Source of the DNA: Pelagomonas calceolata
Lineage: Eukaryota
Assembly: GCA_918797485.1 (NCBI GenBank)
Contig: CAKKNE010000005.1
Coordinates: 4,216,001 to 4,280,000, forward strand
Length of the DNA stretch: 64,000 nt
Reading direction: 5' to 3'
Part shown: positions 1 through 10,800 of the stretch, in pieces
Numbering within the stretch: position 1 is the stretch's first letter
How the letters are laid out: each line of letters starts with the position of its first letter
Notes under the pieces: model-generated
Told to the model about the DNA's origin: nothing
The model's database searches: none
What the model saw: only the letters and a program-made list of their open reading frames with translations
Position numbers and translations under genes: made by a program

Positions 1-303
1 TTGCATGAGCCCGAACAACGCCACGAGCGCGCACGCGTCGAGGGCCGGCCGGCTGCCGAGGTGCCGCGCGGCGACGGTTGTTTGTGCTATTGTGCCCAGC
101 ACCAAGTCGGCGCTAAACCATCGGCCCGTCTTGCAGAAATCTTGGAATTGCTGCGGAGCGAGGTTGCCGAAGGCCGCAAATGCGAGTAGTGTGCGGCCGG
201 CTGCCGTGCTCGTCAGGAAGCCATCCGCGCCGCTGCAGACCAGCCAGAGCACTATGAGGGATTCGATGCTCACGAGGAGCTGGTGGGCGCGCTTCTTGGC
301 CAT
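1..303 (-). CDS. Hypothetical (membrane?) protein, 3'-partial (runs off window start)
   Basis: ATG at 303 opens a frame (MAKKRAHQLLVSIESLIVLWLVCSGADGFL...) with no stop before base 1. It is divergent from the 484 gene across a copy of the promoter motif. It is missing from the ORF track because it has no stop. Confidence 0.55.
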   Translation of the reverse strand, partial: MAKKRAHQLLVSIESLIVLWLVCSGADGFLTSTAAGRTLLAFAAFGNLAPQQFQDFCKTGRWFSADLVLGTIAQTTVAARHLGSRPALDACALVALFGLMQ

Positions 304-405
304 TGTATGGGGCGCTGCGACTTTTTAAATGATCGATGCGGTGCGAAATGGGGCCGCGCAGGGCACGACGGGCGAAATGGGGCCGCGGGGCAGCCTTCAC
401 GCAGA

Positions 406-432
406 GCTTGCTAGTGTCTTACATACGCTAGC
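406..432 (+). promoter_or_regulatory. Conserved intergenic motif copy 1
   Basis: GCTTGCTAGTGTCTTACATACGCTAGC between divergent genes. Confidence 0.7.
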
Positions 433-483
433 TAGCCGAGCAAAAACAAAAACACAGCGTGAGGATGGGCGAATAGATGCGAA

Positions 484-1260
484 ATGGCGGAGATAAAGCC
501 GTCGTTCCCTTCCTCTCTGCCGCCGCAGCTCGTGATAACTTGGCTGCCGCTGCGCGATATCTCTTCTGCACTGTGCGCGTCCTCTTCCTGGCGCGGTGCT
601 AGTGAGCCGGTCTTTAAGGTCGTCGCGGAACGCAATGGTCTCACGCGCGGCACGGATTCATGGCGAGGTGGCGTGCTGAGGCACCCTACCTGGTCTCGTT
701 CCAAGCCGGCCCGGCAGCAGTACAGATGGCCTGAGTTTACCGGTCCGAGGACGGTCACTAATGAAGTCGCTGAGCGTGATTTCTACTTTGTCGCCAACAG
801 CATTCGGGTACCGCTACACAGGATGGCTCGATTTCGTGTGCAAATGAAGAAAGAGGAATTGAGGACTACGGATGGATGTGGCTTTGCCTTACTCTCGGGC
901 AGCGGCGCAATCAAGCGTGCGTATGTGTGGAACAGCAACGGCAACGATTATACAGGCATTGGCAGCCCTCTTCTTGGAAGAATCGAAACGTTCTCTTTCA
1001 AAAATAAGCGCATCAAAAGTGGCCAGACGCTGCTTGTTAGCGTCTGGAACGTACCGCCCTACCACTTCCACGCGACGCTCGAGCGCGTGGAAGAGGATGG
1101 AAGTCTCTCTGAAATAGCGACAGAACGCGACAGAGCGCGATATTTCAGCGTGGATGATAGTGATGAAGAGGATGGACCTTTCGTCCTGGCTCCATTGGTT
1201 CGTCTGTTTACAGGCTCATCCGCGACGCTGGGCTTGTATGAGCCACTGGCACATGAATAA
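484..1260 (+). CDS. Hypothetical protein with F-box-like N-terminus
   Basis: 258-aa ORF. SLPPQLVITWLPLRDISSALCASSSWR resembles the F-box pattern LP...L...D.....vs..W. Confidence 0.6.
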   Translation: MAEIKPSFPSSLPPQLVITWLPLRDISSALCASSSWRGASEPVFKVVAERNGLTRGTDSWRGGVLRHPTWSRSKPARQQYRWPEFTGPRTVTNEVAERDFYFVANSIRVPLHRMARFRVQMKKEELRTTDGCGFALLSGSGAIKRAYVWNSNGNDYTGIGSPLLGRIETFSFKNKRIKSGQTLLVSVWNVPPYHFHATLERVEEDGSLSEIATERDRARYFSVDDSDEEDGPFVLAPLVRLFTGSSATLGLYEPLAHE

Positions 1261-1272
1261 GAAATACTATTG

Positions 1273-2994
1273 TTATGAATCAACCCCCCAAAGCCGCCCA
1301 ATCTCCGCGCCAACCTCCGCGAACGCCTCCCGCTCCAACAACGAGGCGCGCCAAGCAAGCGTCGCCGGCCGCGGCGCCGCCGCGACCGACCCTGAGAGAG
1401 GCGCCGCGCCGCACGCGTGGGCGCATTCGACGATGGGAAACGCGAAGGCGTCGGCTAGAGAAGGAAACCCCGGCGCCAGATCGCCATTCGCGAGCGTCTC
1501 CTCGACCGTCGCGAGGGCCGCCGCGAGTTCGGCGGTAAGCGCGGTGTCAAGGGGCGCATTACAATCGCGGCACCGCTCCAGTGCTAAGGTTCGTTCGACC
1601 GGAGGCAGCGGCGCCAGCGCGTACTCGATACCGCCCCGTTCCAACAAGCGCCGCGGCCCAACATACAAAGCGTAGAGGCGCTGGAGCACGTCGCCGTCGA
1701 CGGATCGCGCCCAGTGCATCCACCGCTTGATGGAGACTGCCGCGTCCAGGCTATCGCCAAGGCGCCCGTTTGAGAGCTGTGTGGCGACGGCGAGCGCCCC
1801 GGCGACGGCCTCACCACCACCAAGCAACAGAGGCAGCCGCGCGCAGCCGCCGGCGAGGGCGCCGCACGCCGCCAGCGCGTCGGGCGTCGGGGCGAGGCGC
1901 TCGAGCGAGGGCGCGTCGAGCGTCAGGACCGTCACGTTGTCCCCGAGCTCGCGCGCCGCGATTCTGACGGCGAAGCACGTGGCCGCCGCCGCGTCGACGA
2001 CGAGCGTGCGGGCCGTCGTCGACGGCCTCGCCGTAAACTTGGGCGTCCGCGCCACGGCCGCGTCGACGGCCGTGGCAGAGGCGCGGTGCACCGTCGAGTA
2101 CGCCGCGTTGCGGACGTTGCCCCAGGCCTCCAGTACCGGCACCACAAACCTACCAACAACGTTCGGCCGCCAGAAGAGCCGCGTCTGCGCCGCGCCCGCG
2201 TCCAGGACTGGCAAAGCGAGGCACCGCTCGACGTACGCTATTATATTACCGAACCGTTCCTCCTGCAAGGGCGTGCGGAGGAAGTGGTTCTGCGGACATT
2301 TCAGTAATCGCGGCAGCACCGCCGCGTCGGCCGCCGAAAACTCTGCACCGCCCAAGAACGCGCGACCGTCCGCCAGCGCCCCTTCGAGCTCACTCAGATG
2401 TGCCGCGACGCGCTCGAGACATGCTTCGGCTTCAATACCTTCACAAAATGTCCCGTCGAAGATGCGGGTCCACTTGGCCGCGAAGGGCCCCTCTGGCAAA
2501 TCTTGGACGAAGTGCGGCCTCGCATGCAGGGACCGCACGATATGAGCGTCGACGTACTGCCTCGATAACCTTGAAAAGGCGTCGGCGAGCGACAGCTCCC
2601 AGTCGAGCCACGGCGTCTCCAAAGGTTCATTTTGGGGGCCGAACTTGGAATCGATGTAATACGAAATGGCGCCCGACTCGTAGAGTATCAAATCATCATG
2701 ACGCAGGGCGGGCACTTTACAGAGAGGATTGATCTTCTTGTAAGCTTCAGAGCGCTGCTCGCCCCGCAGCAAATTGACTTCCACGAATTTGTAGGAAACA
2801 CCATGCAACTTCAGGTGGATCAACACGCGCCGCGTGCAGGGGCTCGCGACGTTGCCGTACAAGGTCAGTCCTGCTTTCGCTTCGAAGCGTTTTTCGAGCG
2901 CCGCTTCTCTCCGCTCCTTCGCCGTGCGCTTCCTACGAGATGCCCACCAGTGGTACGCCAGCGCCGCGGCCGCCGCCGCCGCGACCTGTTTCAT
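1273..2994 (-). CDS. Glutathione S-transferase family protein, tandem GST domains, N-terminal anchor
   Basis: GST-N motifs SPCTRRV, INPLCKVPAL, LYESGAI and GST-C motif FSAADAAVLP. A second degenerate GST fold follows (PSLADAFAFP). Confidence 0.85.
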   Translation of the reverse strand: MKQVAAAAAAALAYHWWASRRKRTAKERREAALEKRFEAKAGLTLYGNVASPCTRRVLIHLKLHGVSYKFVEVNLLRGEQRSEAYKKINPLCKVPALRHDDLILYESGAISYYIDSKFGPQNEPLETPWLDWELSLADAFSRLSRQYVDAHIVRSLHARPHFVQDLPEGPFAAKWTRIFDGTFCEGIEAEACLERVAAHLSELEGALADGRAFLGGAEFSAADAAVLPRLLKCPQNHFLRTPLQEERFGNIIAYVERCLALPVLDAGAAQTRLFWRPNVVGRFVVPVLEAWGNVRNAAYSTVHRASATAVDAAVARTPKFTARPSTTARTLVVDAAAATCFAVRIAARELGDNVTVLTLDAPSLERLAPTPDALAACGALAGGCARLPLLLGGGEAVAGALAVATQLSNGRLGDSLDAAVSIKRWMHWARSVDGDVLQRLYALYVGPRRLLERGGIEYALAPLPPVERTLALERCRDCNAPLDTALTAELAAALATVEETLANGDLAPGFPSLADAFAFPIVECAHACGAAPLSGSVAAAPRPATLAWRASLLEREAFAEVGAEIGRLWGVDS

Positions 2995-3418
2995 CGCAGG
3001 CGCTGCTGGGCCCGCCAGCGCCGCATATTAAGTGCAAAGATGGCACCGGCGATGAGGACGCCGAGCGCCACGCCGACGAGGAAGATCGGTTCCGCTGGGG
3101 CCGAGAGGACCATTTTTTGGGCAGCAGTTTGTCGTTTGGGCAGCGCGTCGTGACGTGAGGGATGGCTTGAAATTTATGTGAGGCTGCCCCGCACGCTACG
3201 GATCCGTCCGGGGGCCTCCGGATATGTCTCCGAGCGACTGCCTGCGAGTCGCCGCAGGCCTAAACCGGCCAGGTGCAACTTCGTGGGGGTCCTGATCTCA
3301 AAGGAAAACAGAGTCTGCGAGCTGGTAAAAGCTGCCGCACGAGACGCGAGCGCGTCAAGCGGTGCGCGCGCCGCCTCAGGGGCCATCACCGCATCTATAG
3401 CAGCGCCGGGGCAGCGAA

Positions 3419-6400
3419 ATGAAGGGCTACGGCACGCTCGACGCCGACGACGAGGACGGCCGCGTGCCACCGACGACTCTACGCGCGAACAGGCTCTGCT
3501 GGACGGTGGAGACCAACTCAGTAAAGCGGGAGCTGCTGAGCGACGTTTCCGCCCGGTTCTCCCCAGGAACGATCACGGCCCTCGTCGGGCCGAGCGGCGC
3601 GGGCAAGACGTCGCTGCTTATGGCATTGGCCGGGCGCTTGCAAGGCGACCACCGCGGCGCCATCCTGGTGAACGACGTCGCCGCCACGGCGTCGGAGCGG
3701 AGCCGCCTCTCGTCGCTGATGCCCCAGGACGACCGCCTCTTCGAAAGTTTGACGGTCGAGGAGACATTACTGTATGCCGCTCGCTTAAAACTAAGGGTGA
3801 ACCGCGAGGGGCGCGCTTCTCGAGTCCGGTCCGTCCTGAAAGCATTAGGACTGACCGACGTCCACAAAGAATCGGTAAAGAACGTGTCAGGGGGGCAACG
3901 ACGGCGGACCTCCGCCGCGATCGAGTTGCTCTCAAAGCGACCACTCTTACTGCTCGACGAGCCGACGTCGGGTTTAGATTCGTATGCTTCCTACAACCTC
4001 GTGCAACTCCTCAAACAAACGACATACAGAGAAAAAAGGACCACCATCGCCACCGTCCACCAACCCGCGTCACAACTATTAGCATTGTTCGATTCAATAC
4101 TAATACTGGCGCCGGGCGGCCGCCTAGCCTTCGAAGGTTCACCTCAAGAATTGGACGCCTTCTTCGTTGAGCGGAACATGCCTTTACCGACCAACGAGAC
4201 CGCCCCGGATCATGCCATCAACGTCGTGCTGCGAACGCCGGACAAGCGTACCTACCGCTCTCCGAGGAAAGTAACCAGGGAGAGTGGTGAGATGCCTTGC
4301 ATTGAGGACGGTTCCTCCATAAGTACGCAGTATTTGGTGTTGCTACATCGCCAGTGTAAAATCTGGACGAAGGATCAAGATCAAGGCCGACTCATGGTCC
4401 TGATGGTCCTGGCGCAGGCCCTATGGCTCGGGTTGCTCGCAACAGGGATGACGCCCTGCATCTCCAAGGGCAACTTGATACAAGTGTATGCTGGTGCGAT
4501 CCTGATGGCGAGCGCGAACTGGCTCTGCGTGTCTCTACCGTTGGAGCGGCCTGTGGTACTAAGGGAGTATCGAAATGGATCGTATGGTGTTGTAGCGTAT
4601 TTCCTAGCGAGAGTGACGCTGTGTTGCATCGTAGCATTAATTGCGGCTCTCGCGTCGATGGCGGTGTTCTACGTCCTACTGCAGACGAGATGGCGTCCCG
4701 TGAGCGTGCCGGACAAGTGGCTCTGGGCCACCTTTTTACTATCGGCGTGTTCGAACTTCCTCGGGTTATGTGTTGGCTTCCTAGTGGACTCGCCGCTCGA
4801 CGCGCTCGGCGCCATACCTACATTGCAGTTAATAATGATGCAGTCCACGGGCTTCGGGCCGCCCCAGAACCAGATGCAGCCCTACGTCAAGCCGTTGAGG
4901 TATCCCAATTTGTTGCACTGGTCCAATAAAATATTCTTGACGTTGAATTTCCATCACACGAACGAAAAGGGTACTCAGGTACTACAAATGTATGATATAA
5001 GGACGGGCCAGGTCACGGCCTGCTTCCAGGCGTTGTTATTGTGTTTTTTAGTGACACTATTCTTAGCTGGTTGTGCGTGCTACCGCTCTCTAACTAAACA
5101 GAGGAGGACGGGCCGCGAGCGCGCCCCCAAAAAATCTCGGAGCGAGGTCGAACAGGACGCGGCGTCGTCCATAAGGCGGTTGTTCGAAGGAAGTCCTCCT
5201 CCTTCGTCGGACGACGACTATGATCCCGACGATACTCCTGTATCTACGACGAAGCCGCCCGCGATTCACTGTATCAATTTAACAACTTCATATGGAGGCG
5301 GCTCGACTTTAATGGATCTGTCCTGCGAGTTCGAAGGGTCGACGTGCCTCATGGGGCCCTCGGGCGCCGGGAAGACGTCGCTCTTGAACGCGCTGTCGGG
5401 AAGGGCGCAACACAACATCGTGCGAGGTTATGTGACGATAGACGGCGCCGAACCCAGTTCAAGGGTAGTGCAATTGACACCTCAAGAAGATACGTTGCTC
5501 GCCGGCTTGACCGTCGAGCAGACTTTTAGGTATGCTTCATTACTATATAGTGACCGAGACGACGCGGTCGAGCGCGCCGATGCCCTCGTAGATGCTCTGG
5601 GCCTCAAAGCAAGAAGACATCTCGTCGTAGGCAACGCCTTAGCGCCGGGCGGCCTGTCGGGGGGGCAAAGGAAACGTGTCTCGATCGGCATCGACATGCT
5701 GGCCGAGAAGCCAGTCATGTTGGTAGACGAACCGACGACGGGCTTGGATGCGTCCGCCGCGCGCCACGTCGGTCGGATGGTCGTTTCTCTCTCGAAAAAG
5801 TACGCGAGGACGGTGGTCTGCACGCTCCATCAGCCGGCCTGGTCGATCGTCGAAGGCTTCGACCGGGTCGTTCTGCTGTCGCGCGGCCGGTGCTGCTTCG
5901 CGGGGCCGCCCCGTCATTTGCGGGATTTCTTTTCCGCGTTGGGCTTGCAGTGCCCCCCGGCGACGAACCTCGCGGACCACGCGTTGCATGTTCTCTCGTC
6001 TTCTCCGGACGTCGCGGCGCGATGTGCTGATAGGTTACAAACGGTTAAGGATGCTCCCATGGTGCAGCAGCATACTTTACCTAAAGTGTCGCCAATCAGG
6101 CAGGCTTTCATACTGACGAAGCGGACGGCGTCGGTCTACGCCTACTCGCCGGACCAGCTCGGGCTGTGTGTCCACGCGTCGATCATGAATGCATTAGTTG
6201 CGGGTCTAGTATACAGGGCCTGGCCCATGGACCTCTGGATCGGCTTCGGGGCCTGTTTAGGCGGGATGGGCATGTCGATGAGTTGCGCGATGACCTCGAT
6301 ATTGGCGCTGCCTACGGAGCGGCCCTTTGTCGCGCGCGAGTATGCGAACGGGACCTACACGGCGGGGAGCTACTGGTGTGCGCGATGCGTCGTATGTCTT

Positions 6401-6994
6401 GGGGTTTGTACGTTAGTCGGTGTCCTCACGACGCCCATCTGGTACTTTCTCATCGGTGTATCGATGGGACCTCAACTACTGACAATAATGATAGCCTCGA
6501 TACTAGCGGCCTTCGCGTTCACGACCTACGCGAACATTGTGGGAGCGCTGTCTTCCACCCCGATCGCCGCGGCGAACTTCGCCGAACCGTTGTTAACGGC
6601 CATGCTCCTCCTCAACGGCATCATGATCACGCGGCACAAGATCAAGAGCTTGTTTTATCCTTTTTATCTCATAAATCCGCAGTCCTGGCTCTGTTATATA
6701 ATTGTCGAGGCCGTGACGCACGGTCATCCTCGCGGCGATCACGTCATGGATTATTTTCAATACAAGAAAGGGCAAATAGGGGCGTCGTTTTGCGCGTTGC
6801 TCGCGATCGACGCGGGTGCTATACTACTAGGCTGGGCCGTGCTAACGCACGCCTTCGCCGCCGAGGTCGACGGGTCCGAATTAAGTGTGGTCGAGAAGGT
6901 CGCGACGTGCGGCATCGCCGACGATGCAGAAGATGATTTGAAGCATCCGCGGGAGGAGGAGGGCGAGGTCTGCCTGCCCGTGGGGATCTGTTAA
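3419..6994 (+). CDS. Full-size ABCG transporter (NBD-TMD-NBD-TMD)
   Basis: Two Walker A motifs (GPSGAGKTS), signatures VSGGQ and LSGGQ, Walker B LLDEPTSGLD and LVDEPTTGLD, H-loops TVHQP and TLHQP. Each NBD is followed by a hydrophobic ABC2 domain with an ERP..REY.NG.Y motif. Confidence 0.95.
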   Translation: MKGYGTLDADDEDGRVPPTTLRANRLCWTVETNSVKRELLSDVSARFSPGTITALVGPSGAGKTSLLMALAGRLQGDHRGAILVNDVAATASERSRLSSLMPQDDRLFESLTVEETLLYAARLKLRVNREGRASRVRSVLKALGLTDVHKESVKNVSGGQRRRTSAAIELLSKRPLLLLDEPTSGLDSYASYNLVQLLKQTTYREKRTTIATVHQPASQLLALFDSILILAPGGRLAFEGSPQELDAFFVERNMPLPTNETAPDHAINVVLRTPDKRTYRSPRKVTRESGEMPCIEDGSSISTQYLVLLHRQCKIWTKDQDQGRLMVLMVLAQALWLGLLATGMTPCISKGNLIQVYAGAILMASANWLCVSLPLERPVVLREYRNGSYGVVAYFLARVTLCCIVALIAALASMAVFYVLLQTRWRPVSVPDKWLWATFLLSACSNFLGLCVGFLVDSPLDALGAIPTLQLIMMQSTGFGPPQNQMQPYVKPLRYPNLLHWSNKIFLTLNFHHTNEKGTQVLQMYDIRTGQVTACFQALLLCFLVTLFLAGCACYRSLTKQRRTGRERAPKKSRSEVEQDAASSIRRLFEGSPPPSSDDDYDPDDTPVSTTKPPAIHCINLTTSYGGGSTLMDLSCEFEGSTCLMGPSGAGKTSLLNALSGRAQHNIVRGYVTIDGAEPSSRVVQLTPQEDTLLAGLTVEQTFRYASLLYSDRDDAVERADALVDALGLKARRHLVVGNALAPGGLSGGQRKRVSIGIDMLAEKPVMLVDEPTTGLDASAARHVGRMVVSLSKKYARTVVCTLHQPAWSIVEGFDRVVLLSRGRCCFAGPPRHLRDFFSALGLQCPPATNLADHALHVLSSSPDVAARCADRLQTVKDAPMVQQHTLPKVSPIRQAFILTKRTASVYAYSPDQLGLCVHASIMNALVAGLVYRAWPMDLWIGFGACLGGMGMSMSCAMTSILALPTERPFVAREYANGTYTAGSYWCARCVVCLGVCTLVGVLTTPIWYFLIGVSMGPQLLTIMIASILAAFAFTTYANIVGALSSTPIAAANFAEPLLTAMLLLNGIMITRHKIKSLFYPFYLINPQSWLCYIIVEAVTHGHPRGDHVMDYFQYKKGQIGASFCALLAIDAGAILLGWAVLTHAFAAEVDGSELSVVEKVATCGIADDAEDDLKHPREEEGEVCLPVGIC

Positions 6995-6999
6995 TGTTG

Positions 7000-7389
7000 T
7001 TACTTGATTAGTGCGAGCGCGTCGCGGCCGGGCATGCCGTCCTTCACGCCTAAGGCTTTTGCCGCCTTGCTCGCCTTCGCGACGGGGGCGTCGAGGAAGG
7101 CCTCGTGCGTCGCGACGCCCGAGAAGACGACGCAGGCCTCGCCGAACTTGTCCGCCGCGTCCGTGGTTATATACGCGCAGGCCGCGTACCCCTTGCTGCC
7201 CTTCGCGACGAGGAGCGGGCGGGCTAAACCGTCGATGCGCGAGCATTCGAAGCCGTCCAGCTGTGCAGATTTCTTCGGGGCTCGGGCGGGCGGCTTCGGC
7301 TGGACGAGCAGGCCCTGCTTCGCGTCCTTTTCGTGCGCCACGGCGGCGGAGTCGCGCTCTTGGGCTCTCGCGTGGTCGAGCAGCGTCAT
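7000..7389 (-). CDS. YunC/DUF1805 family protein
   Basis: LLVAKGSKGYAACAY...ADKFGEACVVFSGV...LDAPV...SKAAKALGVKDGMPGRDAL matches the DUF1805 pattern. First ATG at 7389. Confidence 0.75.
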   Translation of the reverse strand: MTLLDHARAQERDSAAVAHEKDAKQGLLVQPKPPARAPKKSAQLDGFECSRIDGLARPLLVAKGSKGYAACAYITTDAADKFGEACVVFSGVATHEAFLDAPVAKASKAAKALGVKDGMPGRDALALIK

Positions 7390-7586
7390 CGCCGGCGTCG
7401 CTGGGGTTGCTGTAGTTGCTGTAGTTGCTCTTGAGAGCACTTGGTAAGGGCTGGTTTTTTTGAGCTATTTCTCGGTCTTTCGACGCAATGCGCGGCTGCA
7501 GCACTTGAAATAAGACAGCCCTGCGGGCGAATTGATGCGCAGCGACGCCAATACAGCGCGCTGGCTGCAGCTGCACCGCCTCTCAG

Positions 7587-7606
7587 AGTGTCTTACCGCC
7601 GCTAGC
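7587..7606 (+). promoter_or_regulatory. Conserved intergenic motif copy 2 (partial)
   Basis: AGTGTCTTACCGCCGCTAGC between divergent genes. Confidence 0.6.
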
Positions 7607-7873
7607 GTGAGCGGGTTTTCGTCCAGGTATCCGTAGACCACTCGATTGGGCTGTTGGACAATGGTCCGCGCCGACGCCGCAACGTGCGGGCCCAGCGCCT
7701 CAAGACTGTTGTTGCTTGGCCGAACGCGTGCGCACAGCAGAACTGCCAGTCGACAGACGCTCTCGCCGCGTCGTATTGTCCCTCGCCACCGCTGCGGGCA
7801 GCCCCGGCCGCCAGGAAGACCGGCCGCACCACCAATCAATCACAACGACCGGCAGCCCCGGTACCCAGTAAGA

Positions 7874-10800
7874 ATGTGGCTCTCGACGACGGGCAGCAGC
7901 GCCCTGGGCCAGCCCTCGACGAACACGGCGCGTTCCGAAGATTCGTTCCGCCACCCGCCGACGCATCGCGACTACCGCCGGATCCGGCGGCCGACGCGCG
8001 CGCTGCCGAGTCGTTTGTTAGGAGGGCGCTCACCGCGCACAAGAACAAAAAATAGAGTCGACTTCGCCGCCCTCAGAGTACCGAAGCACACGATCAAGAA
8101 GCACGCGCCCAGAGAGACCACCAATGTCCCGACGCCGCCCTCGCCGTCCGAGGAGCTCCTCGCGAAGTACAAGTCGAGGCACGAGGAGCGGCCCTGGGCC
8201 CAGCCGCCCACGCCCAAGGCCCGTCCTAAAACACCGGTGGCCCCGACGCCGCCGCCGCCGCCGCCGCCCCCGTCGCCTTATAGCCCGAACACGAAGAAGA
8301 GTTTATTAACAGTAGTGAAGTCGTTGGACGCGGGCCTCGCCGCCTACTTCCACAAGCAGAGGAAGCACATCAAGCTGGGCACGTCGTGGCAGGAATTCTT
8401 CGAGTTAGTTGATGAAGATAGATCTGGTCGATTGACCTTTGATGAGTTAGCATCGTCTGTACTCAATGGAACCCTGAAATGCAAGGACCTGTCGAGGTAC
8501 GATTTGAGGGTCTTCTTCGCCAAGGCCGACAAGGATTCAAGTGGAGAAGTCACGCTGAGGGAATTTACGACTCTCATCTATGAGGTCCAATTAAGTGCGT
8601 GGCCGGACCTCACGGATGACGCCTGCGACAAAGCTGTGGATATCTTGAATCAGGCGGCCTCACATTGGTATCGTGCCGATGGGAATTGGTACAAGATCTT
8701 CAAAGCCTTGGACGTCGAGGACAGCGGTGAGTTGAAATTTGACGACTTCGTTCAGGCTGTTCGGGGTTCCTACCCGCCCGGCGTGGACGTTCCTTCGTCC
8801 AAGTTATCGTCAGCGACGCTGAAGGGCCTCTGGAAGAGATTAGATAACGATAGATCGCAGCACGTCACTTTACAAGAATTTATGGTGTTTTTTCGGAGGT
8901 GCCAAACGGTGTCCGCTTCGGAACTTCGTCGATGGCGTCACGCCGCCGCGACGCCGTCGACGCCGCCGCGAGAGAGGTCCATGCGTCTCGTGAGAGCAGG
9001 TCGCGTCGATGGCGTCGACGCGGACGCGACGCCGCCGCGACGCCGTCGACGCGCCTCACGAGAGATCCCACGCAGGCACGGCCAGGCGCACTCCATGTTC
9101 AAACAAACCGAACACGACAAGCTCCTGCATGGCACGTTGGAGAAGCCTGAACCGCCGCCTTCCGTCGAGTCAAGTGATAGTGAGGTCTGGAGTACACTAA
9201 GACTATTGATGAGAACCCTGAACGCCAAAAACACAAAAAAGAAGAAGTACGACAAGGCGGACGTCTGGCGCGACTGGGCGCGCTTGTTCGATGCCTTGGG
9301 CGGTCCCGACCGCGTGACGTGGGCCACGTTTTCATCTGCTGCCAAAGCACTCACAGATGTAGAAGACCAAGCATTGGCGGCGCTGTGGACCCGGGCCGAC
9401 GATGATAAGTCCGGCGAATTGGGCAGAGGCGAGTTCCAGAGATGCGCTTATACTATACAAGTCCAGAGTTGGCCTGTACTAGAGGGCGAGGAGTTGAAGA
9501 AGGTCGTCGCGTTATTAAATGCGAGTGCAGAAAGATTGCACCGCTGCGGCGGGAACTGGTTCAAGATCTTCCGGCTCTTCGACGACGACGACAGCGGTCC
9601 TTTCCCGCGTCCCGTCCTCCGATGCCGATCGTCCGGCGGCCTTGCGTCGCGTCGATGGCGTCGAGCCTCGACGCCGTCGACGCGTTGATACACACGCAGG
9701 CCTCATGTCCTACGAGGAGCTCAAGAAGGTCCTCAGGACGGGATACCCCGGCCTGGAAGTGACTACGGATCAAGTCACCGACAACCAGATTAGGGGACTG
9801 TGGCGAGGGTTGGATGACGACTTGTCGGGCGAAGTGAGCGTGCAGGAGTTCATGATTTTTTTTAGGAGGCACGGGCGCGAGCACTCGATGTTCAAGCCGA
9901 CGGACCACGATCTAGCTAGTCGCGGGTTGTTGAAAGGGCCAGAGAAAGTGGAGAAAGTACAACTCCCACCGGAGAAATTAAGATCTATCGTCCTGGATCT
10001 AAAAAGGAACCTCAAAAAATATTATGAGAGGCGGGGCATGTCCCCGAAGCTCGACGAGCAGTGGCGCGTCTTCTTCAACACGGTCGACGAGGATCAGAGC
10101 GGTAGACTGGACTTTCCGGAATTAAAAAGGGCCGTGAAAGTCCTACAAGTACAGTTAGACGACGAATCGCTCCGAGGCTTGTTTACCGCCGCCGACGAAG
10201 ATTCGTCGGGAGAGATCACGGTTGACGAGTTCCAGCACTGCGTCTATAAATTGGAATTAGAGACGTGGCCGGATTTGCTGGATAAGGAGGAACTGTTGCA
10301 AAGAGCCATTTCCGTGCTCAATGCACACGCGGAGAAGTGGCACCGCGCCGGCGGGAACTGGTACAAGATCTTCAAAAGAATAGATGCTGATGATAGCAAT
10401 ACGTTGGCCTTTGAGGAATTCCGGCACATGTGTCGAAGTATCTACCCGGGGCTGAACATCGATCGGAAATTGTTGCCGGACGGACTACTGAGGGGTTTAT
10501 GGCGAGGCATCGATGCTGATAGTAGTGGCAATGTCACCGTCCAAGAGTTCATGGTCTTCATGCGGGCGCACGCGGCCCATTTAGATTCGATGGCGGGCTA
10601 TACGCACCGAATGCATGAACTAGCTTCATCCCAAAAAGTGGTGGAAGATACGGTAAACGTGGAGAAGGGTACGGGACTGAGGAAACTCGCGTTACTGCGG
10701 GACGCTTCCATCAAATTTGAGGTGTCAGAAGAACCTCCAGTGGTCGCGGAATGGGACTTCGAGGCTTTGGTGAGGTCCATGGGTTTGTCTGAGTCTGATC

